From the NCBI GenBank assembly GCA_964035545.1, contig OZ037773.1, positions 9,329,751 to 9,393,750 on the forward strand: DNA of 64,000 bases. Direction: 5' to 3'. The first letter of the stretch is position 1; the number at the start of each line of letters is the position of its first letter. The notes under the pieces were generated by a model, which saw only the letters and a program-made list of their open reading frames with translations, was not told where the DNA came from and made no database searches. Position numbers and translations under genes: made by a program. The stretch comes from Bugula neritina. Its lineage: Eukaryota; Animalia; Bryozoa. This document shows, piece after piece, positions 12,936 through 24,516 of this stretch.

Positions 12936-15900
12936 CTGTGATAGAGTTCTGGAAACCATATTTAAATAGGTGGAATGTTTAATTTAGTGCTCTCTAATAT
13001 ATTAAATATTAAATAATGTTGGCTAAATTGTACTCAACATGTAAATGATTAGCAATCAAATGTTATAATATATTATATAGTATCCATGCACAATTAATGC
13101 TATTATAAAGTATTTAGTACTTTTTAGTACTAGTATATTATAACATGGGAAGAGACCAAACTGGCCATGATTTTATTTACTGTACTTACTTTATACTGAG
13201 CAGTACTGTTTGATACTATAGAAATACTATTATATATCATCCACTACATATATAGCAACCAAAGGATGCTACGATAACTTGAAACATTTTCAATAAGTTA
13301 TAATAGTAAAATACTTTAATAGAAAGTTCAGTATTTATGTAAACCACATACTAGGCTTAGAAAACGGCTTAGAATGAACAATATGCTTTGATGAACAAAG
13401 AACTGGTTGAACAAAGACTCCAATAACTTATATAATCATTTTTTGTTTGTGAAATTTTGAAAAATTGTTTTTATAGTTGATTGTTAACATTGATCAGCTC
13501 GAATGTTATGTTATGTAAAGCACATAGCTAGGCTAGGCTCAGAACAATTACAATGAAACGTAGAAATGAATATAACAAAGGGGGTGATTGTACTTATATA
13601 TAATTTAGTATTCTATACAATCTTTGTTATTGGCTTTTGAATTTACTAAAAATTATTCTTATAGTTGATTAGCTTTAATTGTTGAAAACTATTATTGATT
13701 TTTTATTTTGTATCGGCAAGTTTTATACCACTATAGCACTTCGGTTTAAAACAGTTTAAAGCTAAGTTGTAGCTTATTAATGTACAAAAGATAATATATA
13801 CAACTGTGATTACATGTAAGTTGCATGTCATGGATTAGAGTAAAACATTTGAAGAAACAAAATGTCTGCCAATGAGTTACACACTCTGATAGATGATAGA
13901 GACAAGTTTGAAGAACAACTTCTAATGCTGCCTGTTGAAGACAGGTTTGAAGCTTTAAGAAAAGAGATTGGGGAAGAAAACCAAACAATATTGCACATTG
14001 CAACGACTGATGACCTAACACATATTCTAAAGTTAGTTATTGATAATGTGACAGAAGAGAGTCTGTTACAATTGCTGATGATTCAAGATGGAGATGGGAG
14101 TACACCAGTACACTATGCTGCCAGGGGTAATTATACAGGGCACATTCAGTGTATTGTAGAATCCACACCAGAAGAACATTTGTGCGAAGTGTTTGCTATG
14201 AAAAATGAATCTGGTAACACAGCTGTTCACTGGGCAGTTGGAAATAGTAACACAGATATGTTGCAGTGTCTGTTAAACTCTTTACCTTCAAACCAGATAG
14301 GTGAATTGCTCAACATACAGAATAACAGTGGCAACACAGCTTTACACACTGCAGCAGATAGTGATAGCGTCAAAATTATAAACATTTTGCTTAAGAGTCT
14401 GAAAGATCCAGCTGAGTTAGAGAGACTTTTACAAGCAGCAAATAAAGAAGGAATGACTGCTATTCATTACTTGGCAATTAATAACCAGTCTGGTATAGTA
14501 AAATGGATGACAAGCACTCTGGGGAAAAACATGCTAAAGAAACTTTTTAGCATACGAGCGAAAAATGGATTTACTGCAGTTCATTTTGCAGTCATTATTG
14601 GTCATACCAGCATAATGAGATGCGTAGCAGAAACATTGCCAGAATATATGCTATTGGAGCTGCTTAGTATCAAATGTAATGATGGTGAAACATGTGTTCA
14701 CTATGCAGCATTGGATGGTCACACAGATATGATAAAATTGATAATCGAAAAGTTGCCAGAATACATGTTATCGAGGCTGTTTGGTATTCAAACCAAAGAT
14801 GGCCTTACATGTTTTCACTATGCAACAATGAAAGGTCATGCTGAGATTGTCAACTGCATATCAAATTCATTAACAGCTAAGGCGTTGAAAGAAATACTCA
14901 CAAAAAAAAGTCGGCATGGAAGTACAGCAATACACTTTGCGGCTGAATCTGATAAAACGATGGTATTACGCCACATCCTTGAATCTCTTCAAAGAGATGA
15001 AACTTTAGAAATGATTTTTATGCATAACCAGTACAGAAACACACCATTTCAGTTGGCAGCGATGAGTGGTCACACCGACACTTTGAAAATTATGATCAGT
15101 TTTCTCTCAGTTGAAAATCTGTTGTCTTTGCTGGAAATAGCAGGCTTGTACTCTCTAACTCCTCTACACATTATAGCAGGAAATGGACATGCATTGGCGT
15201 TAGAAGTTATTTTCTGCCATTTACCTGTCGCTAGTTTATATGACATACTCACTAATAATAGAAATTGGTGTGGTGACACAGCAGCTCATATTGCAGCTGA
15301 AAAAGGTCATGTCAAAGTTTTAGAAGTGATTTTCAAAAACTTGTCATCAAAAGAAGCTTTACAGCTGCAAGAGATAAAAAATAATAATGAGAAAACGGCA
15401 CTAGACCTAGCAAAAATAGCTAAACACACAGAAACAGTAACTTTTATTAGGCAAAGTCAGAAAAAAGCGAAGAGAGCCTTCTCAGGTATGCCTATATAAT
15501 TGTAAAATATAAAATATGCTCTCTAAACGTATTATGACACATGTATGAGATATCTGACTGAAATATACAATGCTACCGGATTGTCTCAATCACAGAACTA
15601 TAACTCTGCACACAGTTTATTACTTTTATTTTTACTATATACATAGTTTTATTGTTGTTTTTGGTGAAAAAATTCTTTTGAAACAAAATTAAAGTTACAG
15701 TAAGGAAGTAGAATATAGTCATCTTCATATTCATAGGCTAATTGCTTATTAAAGGTTTAGTGTTTTTTAAAGCATTATACTTGTATAGTATATTATGTAA
15801 TTGTTTACCAGAACATTTAACACTTTTGAAATCACAATGAATTTGTAGATATGTTATTTTATTTGACAGCTTAAATGTAGTTTTTGCCTACCTATCTATA

Positions 15901-17811
15901 GCTTTTAAAATATTTCAGGTAAATTTTGAAGAAATTTCTAAGTTTTTTGTGTTAATGGTGGAATTAAATATATATAAAACATTTTTTTCCTAGCCTGGCG
16001 AAAGAATTGACCAATATTTTTCAATTTACAAAAATTCACTCATGCGTGTTTTAGAATGTGCAGCTAATCTAGGAGCTAAGTCAACAAACATACTTACTTG
16101 GCCAATCACAGATGAGGACATAGTTGAGAAATATTTGAACGAGTCCGATGTAAAGACAGACATGATCAACCTACCTTTGAGATCATGTACACAACCAAAC
16201 ACAGAAGATATGTACAACTGCAATGAGGTTTACAAATTGACTTGCATCAAATTTTATTGAAAAATGAATACTTTTTTTATTTATGCTTTACCACCATTAT
16301 TATATTTTTTTAATAAATTATGTGTCATTTAACAGTTAATGTAGTTTTATATAATATTGTAGTTGTAAACCACTTATATGACCACTATAACAATAAAACA
16401 CTGCATTTTATATTGAGCACGGTTTTGAAAAATAGCTGTGACCCGCATTTAAGTGGACAGTTTTTGTTATAATAACCCAACTGATAAATTTATATTCACT
16501 GTTTTTAGAAATATTACCAGATGACTTCTCCCACCAGAGGAAGGTGTCTTATCATCAACAATAGAGACTTTGAAGTTCCCTCTACACCAGACCAAGTGAA
16601 ACTTGATAAGCGACAAGGTTCAGATGTTGATGTGGCAAATGCTTTAAATGTCTTCACTCAGCTTAGTTTCATCTGCGAAGTTCACACTAACCTGACCAGT
16701 CAAGTAAGCTAAGTTCACACTAACCTCACCAGTAAGGTGTGGTAAGGGTTATAGCTAATTATTGATGCATAACTTCTATATATACCGAACAGATTAAGTT
16801 TAATTCTAATCAACGGTGAGAGTGAGGGGTCTTCAGGGGTACGAGTATTCCACCATTTTCTCTATGACCACTGCTAATACTAGTTGACTGTATATTAGTA
16901 TAATATATTTGCTTAATATAAAATTAACTTTTCAATAACTTTGTTATATTATAACAAACTTATTGAAAAGTTAATTTTATATTAAGCAAAGTTATTGCAA
17001 TGATAATTTTAGTGAAATCAAAAAAGCTACAATAATAAAGCAGTTTTTAAAAATGTTATCTTTTAAGTTCTATTTTGATCTATAATCTATTAAATGCTAT
17101 TATTAGCTCAAGATCATTTTTTTCATTCAAGAATGTGAACTGTATAGAAATATTTTGAATTTATAGGGAATGTTACATGTGTTGAACCGTGAAATACAAA
17201 ATCCAGAGCATGAGAGTTTTGGAGTTAGTGCCTTTATCATAATGACTCATGGGACTGAAAACTTTATCTAGGGTGCAGATAGTCGCCCTGTCAAACTGTC
17301 GGACATCTTGGATCTTATGTCTCCATATGCATTCAAAGCCATGGCTGGTAAACCTAAAATAGTTGTCATCCAGGCCTGTTCTGGTGGTGAGTTTTATCAG
17401 AACTAAAGAATCATTGAACTGGTCCTTTCTCAAATTTTAATTCTGGGTTGACTCTTACAGATCTATGGTTACATATCTACATTATATGTATATATGTACA
17501 TATATACTTATATATATACGTACATATATATACTTGCATATATACTTACATACATCCACATCTACATACACCTGTACTTTGTCTTGCAGACAGGCCAGAC
17601 AGTCTAGGCTTCTTTACAGAAGACTCTCCAAGCGGTGCTGGAGCAAATTTCAATGATGTCAAACAGAAATCTGATCCATTTCCTGGAGATCACTTGTCTA
17701 CTGATGATTTGTTCTTGTTGAGAGCCAGTTTTCTCAGTGAGTACAATCGCATCTGATGAATTTAACTAGTGCTGAATGCTCAACGTTAGATGATCAATAA
17801 TTAATAAAATA

Positions 17812-17814
<3 letters not shown>

Positions 17815-17892
<78 letters not shown>
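17815..17892. repeat. (TA)n microsatellite in A2 intron 5
   Basis: Perfect TA run. Confidence 0.95.
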
Positions 17893-17895
<3 letters not shown>

Positions 17896-18275
17896 CTGTA
17901 TGTTTCATGTGTTGCAGGTTTCCGTTCAACAAGACATACTCGCCAGGGTAGTTGGATGATCAGAGCTCTAGTTTGTTCACTGTACAACCACAGCTGTGAT
18001 GAGGATATTGAGACTATCTTCAGAAAAGTGAGTGATATCTGTATTAATAAGTTTGTGATAGTTATACTAGCAGAGGGTTTAGCAATGCATCTTTTCTTTT
18101 AAACAAGTGAATGAATGTTGATTAGGCTGCATAGTTGCGGGTTTATTTGTATCCAAAATACATGATAGCTTCATATTATAACTTAAAGTAAACAATCATC
18201 TTTTAAGAACTCTAAGTAAAATTTTTGAGAGTGCTTTCTATACTTTTTACTATAACTGTAAAAAGGTAATATAAT

Positions 18276-18382
18276 AAAGCAGTGATATATAACAAGTGCC
18301 AAATTCACATTCACTATAAGTTACTATAATATAGTAACTTATAGTAAATGTGAATTTGGCACTTGTTATATATCACTGCTTT
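18276..18382. repeat. Near-perfect inverted repeat (~52-bp arms, ~3-nt loop) in the last intron of A2
   Basis: aaagcagtgatatataacaagtgccaaattcacattcactataagttactat / atagtaacttatagtaaatgtgaatttggcacttgttatatatcactgcttt. A0 and A1 carry only the right arm. Confidence 0.9.
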
Positions 18383-19373
18383 TCTTACTTTCCCATTGCA
18401 AAAGCAGCGACACTTTGTTATATGCATGCTATTCAATAGCCATGGTGCAGATCTAACCTTTAACAAATTATGTCAGCGTTTGACTCAATAGCAATGTTGA
18501 ATGAACTTTTACTTCCACCTGTAGTATGAAAAATTTCCTTATTATAATAACTAAATAGAGATGTAAAACCAAGCTTACATTTCATATTAGCAGAATAAAA
18601 TGAAATTATTCTTTACAGGTAAAAGATATTGTCAGAGCAAAGAGTATCAAAGCATCTAAAAAAGACATTTATTTAGGAGGACAACAACCGACTTTTGAGA
18701 GTTTTCCAACAAAGGGAAGACAACTTTGCTTGTTTCCTGGATTCAGTCCTGCACAAACTGAGTGAAAGCTAAGAGAAAAGATTTAGCAAATCTGTTTGTA
18801 TAAACCAAACCATTAAACTTGAAGTCATTTGCAGCAGTCTTCTTAATAAAAGTCACACATTCGGTGTCTGGCAGCTCATTTATGTATCTTTACTAACAAT
18901 GACAATTATTAATTTAGTTTGTTTTAGTATTTACGAGTTTTATTTTCTATTCCCACCTTGTTTTGTTTGTTTATATTTGTTACTGTACATGCTGACAATG
19001 GCAGCAACAGTATTAGCTGCGTGTGCCTTAAATATCATATTGCATATAATATACTGTTTAAAAACATATGTAGCTGGTTTCCTTTTTTATGCTCGTGTAA
19101 GCCTTAATAAAGCTTTCCAAAACCTTTGATGGATGTTGTGAGAAAGTTTCAATAAATAAATATAATTTTTTCCAGTTGAATTTACAAAAAAACCTCAAAA
19201 AAAGAAAAATCAAATTTTATATGGGAAAAATGCTTTGAAGGATTTGTGAATAATTTTGAGAACATCATTGGTCACAGTGGCTATAGAGTTATCCCCCCTG
19301 ACTAAAGCAAGCGGGTAGGAGATTTGATCTATAAACTAGAAAGATATCTCTATGACTATAACATACATTATGT

Positions 19374-21349
19374 TTGTTTGTTTGTTTGTTTTTATTTTGT
19401 CATAGTAGGGAAAAAATTAATTGAGAAAAAAATAAACAAAATGACAGGGCCTATGGCGCAATAGCACTGTAGCTAGTCGAGGCACCGAGCCATGAATGGT
19501 TGACAGTTATATAAGATTTTTGTTTAGGTTTTTGGAAGTTTTAGCAACTTAAAAAATTTTTTTTTTATCTGGAAATTTGCCATTAGATGGTCTCTCAGGG
19601 CAAGTTTGAAACCAGCCTCCCTCCCCACAGCACGAATAGAACTAGGCAATTTATTCCATAGCGTCGAACATTGGAATTCCACTCTTCGTTGACCTGCAGC
19701 AGTTGATGATGGAGGAGTTTGTAGGCTAAACTCTGAAAATCTTGTGGGATAGTTATGTGTGAGATGTGTTAGTTGAGAATAGTAAAGTTTATGTGAGAGC
19801 AGTATTAGTTTGAATTTGTGTAGAGTGTGAATAGGCATGATTGAAGAACTAAGAAACAGTGGTTTAGATGGGGAAAGGTGATGCTTTTTATATATAATTC
19901 TCAGTATTTTCTTTTGCAGTAAATGTAGTGGTTCAAGATAAATGTTTGCTGCATTACCCCACGATTCTAGGCAATATGTTAATTTAGAATTTACAAAAGA
20001 GTTATATATTTGTATTAAAATTTTTCTAGGTAGGTGATTGGAACATTTACTTATCAAGCCTACTAAGGGCCTTAGGTTTTGACAAAGTTTGCTGCAATGT
20101 TGTTGCCAAGAAAGATGTGAATCTATTATAATACCTAAGAAGGTAGTTGATTTTACTTCCACTAATTTTTTGTTAAACATTTCTAATGCAAAGCCATTTA
20201 AATCTTGTTTATTTTGCGCTGTTTTGATTATCATATAGTTTGTTTTACTCATATTTACAGTTAATTTATTTTTATTGCACCAATTTTCAATTTTCTTTAA
20301 TTCACAGTTTATGATGTCCATATTGTTTAATAGATTTTTTGATTCAAAGAAGAGGTTCGTATCGTCGGCAAATAATATAGGGTCTAAATGCATAGTTACA
20401 TCTGGAAGATCATTTATATAAATTAGGAATAGTGTGGGACCAAGTATGGATCCTTGTGGTACTCCACATGTGATATGAATAAAGTCAGAATATGTGTTGT
20501 TAATAATAGTAGACTGTTGACGATTGGACAAATAATTTTTAATTAGCTTCACACTGTGACTTGAAAAGTGGAGCATTTTTAATTTAGCTAATAAGATTTC
20601 ATGATTTATTGTGTCAAAGGCCTTACTAAAATCGAGGAAAATTCCAGCTACAGAATTACCATTGTTCATGGCATTTAAAACCTTATTTGTTAGATTAATT
20701 AAGGCAATATTTGTGTTTCTATTTTGTCTAAAGCCGTACTGCTTATCAGTTAAATAATTTTTGCTTTCTAGAAAATCTACTATTTGCTTATTTAAAATCT
20801 TTTCAGCTATCTTACTGAAAACAGGTAATATAGAAATTGGGCGGTAATTACTTACATCAGTAGCTATGCCTTTTTTGTGTAGAGGAACAACTTTAGCTTT
20901 TTTTAGTTCATTTGGAAAAGCGCCATCATTGATAATTGTGTTTATAATGTAAGCTAAAGGCTTTGAAAGATGAGATGCAGATATTTTTATTAGGTTGGTG
21001 GGAGCTAAATCTAATCCTGCAGCTTTGGCTGGGTTTACATCTTTAAGTAAGCTTTCAATGACTGTGCTTTCAATATTTGTAAAGCTAAACTGTTCATCAA
21101 GTTTCTTATCTGACTTCCGAGCTGTAAAATCAAAATTGTCGTCTGTGAATTTCTTTGATAACGTTGTTCCTATGGAAGTAAAGTATTTATTAAAATTGTT
21201 TGCTATGTCCTTATCTTCAGTTAGTGTAATATTTTCAGATGTTAAACTTTTAGGAGCATTTAATCCCTTTGATCGATTTTTTCCTAGATGTTCGTTTATG
21301 ACTTTCCAACATTTACTAGAATTTGAAGTATTTTCAAAAAAAGATTCAA
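19374..21349 (-). mobile_element. 5'-truncated non-LTR retrotransposon (CR1/L2-like) with an open RT ORF
   Basis: ORF 19524-20669 has FLDFSKAFD, GVPQGSILGPTLF and LFADDTNL. The frame stays open upstream to ~21345 (AAGLD, YRPISILP, QYGFR). (AAAC)n 3' tail at ~19374-19392. It interrupts acatacattatgt/gatt, which is contiguous at ~1351 and ~10702. Probable short ATGT TSD. Confidence 0.9.
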
Positions 21350-22181
21350 ATGTGATTGTAATGTTATTTTGGAAGACAGAAAAGGCAGTTCCAAAATGTT
21401 GTAGTCAAGTGCTATATAGTTACAAGGTAGCAATACATAATGTATAACATTTAGAAGCTGAGAAAAGCTATTGAATATTCCCGTGGAATATTTAAGAAGA
21501 AATGGTTTTAGAGCTGCTATTGGCAGCTGGAGAAAGAAGTTGCAGTAAAGACTACTAATATATACAAGCAATAAAGCCCGAGGGCAAACATAGAACATTA
21601 ATTTACATAATACAATCGAGATTAATATTACCTCAGTAACTGTAGCAATTATGAATGGAAAGTTTATGGCAGAGTGATCAGAAAAGCTATCATTTAGGGG
21701 TCATGTGAAGTGCTATTATAATATAACAGACTGTAAACATTGTTTCTGAGGTGAGAAGAGCCATTGAGCTGCTGTGGCTGTTGCATTTCTTTTGAAGGTT
21801 TCTATAATAAACTCTGCTGCTATGGAACAATGTCCAATGAACAAACCAATATTCCATCTAGAAGAATCCCCACCATTAGACAACACAGATATAATTTATT
21901 AGGTTAAAGAATTGAAATATAATAAATGTGCATAATATTAAATTAAAATATAATATTATTTTGAGTTTTAGCTATTAGATAATTTGATCTTAGAAATTAA
22001 AGTGATTGCAGAAGGGAAGGTTTTGGAAAGCCTCCCTTCTCAATATTGCTAGTTAAATTTGAATTGTTATCCAGAGTGACCAAAATTACAATAACAATAC
22101 TTTATATTTTTTATAACTATTCCTACTGCATAGTGATTTTATGCCATTAAATAAAAAACAAACATTTGAAAACTACTACAG

Positions 22182-22842
22182 GAAATGCTGGCTGTGGTGG
22201 AAAAAGAAACCCAGAGTTCAGAGTATGAAGCGTTAGGGGTCAGTGCCTTAGTAATCATGTCACACGGAACCAAGAACCAACTCTATGGTATAGACAACTG
22301 TCCGGTTCAACTTACAGACCTGCTCTCTCTCTCATTTCTTCAAATGCATTTCAAGTGATGGCCAACAAGCCCAAAATTGTTGTTATCCAGGCAGACTATA
22401 GAGGTATACTTGAAGCGCTAAAATAAAACTCAGGCAAATTTATAGCAGCTGTCCCTGTGAGAAACCCTTGATGGAAGAGGTTTTTGTTAAAGCTTGCTAA
22501 GAGCTTGAAGCGGTAGAATGCTAATTGCTATATATAATGTAGAATTTTTATACTTTTAGAAAAGTTTGAAACCTATTGATATATGTAGGATGCACCCTGA
22601 AAAAAACTTTCCATCTTGGCCTAAATGTGCTATATTAAGCTAAAGTGCATATTATTTTTCCACACACCACTTACACGCATGACACATTTTCAATATATTG
22701 ATATTATTTATTGTAGACTGCAGACCTGATGCTTTAGGGGAATCTCCAAATTCTAGTGAAGCAATTCAACAACCACATCTTTTGTCTGAAAAGAGCTTAG
22801 CTATACTGACGACTTTGTTTTTTTTGCAAACGAGCTGGAATA
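22182..22842 (+). pseudogene. Divergent caspase relic, copy 3 (QADYR)
   Basis: EMLAVVEKE...MSHG, a CT-repeat frameshift at ~22325, then KPKIVVIQADYR and GT. Second exon DCRPDALGESPNSSE... with a TA insertion. Confidence 0.75.
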
Positions 22843-22956
22843 GTAAATTTACACCAGCTCACAACAGCATTGACCTATTTCAAGGTTTTGGTACACAACA
22901 GCACAGCTGCAGCAATATCTTATCCTTCTCTTTATTTCATTCTTTAATAAAATATA

Positions 22957-23583
22957 TTCCTCCCGTTTCATTTCTCCATGACTGATTTGTGATAAGTTTA
23001 GTAAGCCTCAGTATAAGCTCTGCACCACCTTTCTTCAACAGCTCAAGATGAATACCATCAACTCCTGTTGACTTCCTGTCAGAGAGCGCATTTACAGCTC
23101 TCATAACCTCTGTGACATCGAAACATTCATTCATCCATCCCTGGGTTGGCTGCTGGTATATGTGACTGGTGATGTCAGGGTCCACATTTCCTGTTTCATT
23201 TAGGAGTGTTCGGAAGTACTCTGTCCATCTCTGCACCAAGTCGTCTCTCTGGGTGAGGAGGGTGTGGCTGTCCTTGTCAAACAGTTGGTCTGGGTGGTTT
23301 ACACGTGGACCCCAGACCGCCCTCATGTTTTCGTAGAAGCCTCTCATGTCATTTTGGTTAGCCAGTTCCTGCAGTTCAGCTGGCTTGTCTTGCCACCATT
23401 TGTTCTTTAGTTCAGGGCATTTCTTTTGAAGTGCTCTGTTACATTCCTTGTACCTTCCTTTGGTTTTCCTGGTCGATCGGTTCGTGACAACGGAATGTGC
23501 TAAGTTCCTCTCACTTAATAGGTCTTGTAGTTCTATGGAGTGTTCATCATTAAACCAGTCCTCGTGTTTTCTGCCAACAGTGC
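22957..23583 (-). mobile_element. RTE-like LINE fragment, copy 3
   Basis: ORF 22937-23347 (136 aa), same sequence as copies 1 and 2. Confidence 0.75.
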
Positions 23584-24516
23584 CTGTGATAGAGTTCTGG
23601 AAACCATATTTAAACAGGTGGAATGTTTAATTTAGTGCTCTCTAATATATTAAATATTAAATAATATTGGCTAATTTGTACTCAATATGTAGATGATTAG
23701 CAATCAAATGTTATAATATGTTATATAATATCCATGCACAATGCCATTATAAAGTATTTAGTACTTTTTAGTACTAGTATATTATAACATGGGAAGAGAC
23801 CAAACTGGCCATGATTTTATTTACTGTACTTACTTTATACTGAGCAGTATTATTTGATACTATAGAAATACTATCATATCATTCACTACATATATATAGC
23901 AACCAAAAGATGCTACTAAAACTTGAAACATTTTCAATAAGTTATAATAGTAAAATACTTCAATAGAAAGTTCAGTGTTTATATGTAAACCACATACTAT
24001 AGGCTTAGAACATGGCTTAGAATGAACAATATGCTTTGATAAACAAAAAACTGGTTGAACTAAGATTTCAATAACTTATATAATCATTTTTTGTTTGGGA
24101 AATTTTGAAAAAATGTTTTTATAATTGATTAGCTTTGATTGTTAACAGTGATCGGCTCGAATGTTATGTTATGTAAACCACATAGCTAGGCTAGGCGCAG
24201 AACACTTACAAAGAAACATAGAAATGAATATAACAAAGGGGTGATTGTACTTATATATAATTTAGTATTCTATAAAATCTTTGTTATTGACTTTTGAATT
24301 TACTACAAATTATTCTTATAGTTGCTTAGCTTTGATTGTTGAAAACTATTATTGATTTTTTATTTTGTATTGGCAAGTTTTATTCCACTAGCACTCTGGT
24401 TTAAAACAGTTTAAAGCTATATTGGAGCTTGTTAATGTACAAAAGAATATATATACAACTGTGATTGCTTGTAAGTTGCATGTCATGGATTAGAGTGAAA
24501 CATTTGAAGAAACAAA

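Larger units (their letters stand above)
13862..18765 (+). pseudogene. A2: ankyrin-repeat caspase with a premature stop between catalytic His and Cys
   Basis: Exons 13862-15485, 16055-16227, 16509-16703, 17167-17386, 17590-17736, 17918-18027, 18619-18765. TAG at 17269-17271 where paralogs have TAC (Tyr). All other exons are open. Confidence 0.85.

Noticed and set aside
619-18765. Exact 18,000-bp offset between the last exons of A0 and A2
   Set aside because: The intervening units differ in length and content (the MITE is in one only); treated as coincidence.
20995-21598. ORFs 20995-21447 (+) and 21296-21598 (-)
   Set aside because: Antisense or junction-spanning frames across the LINE 5' end and spacer DNA.
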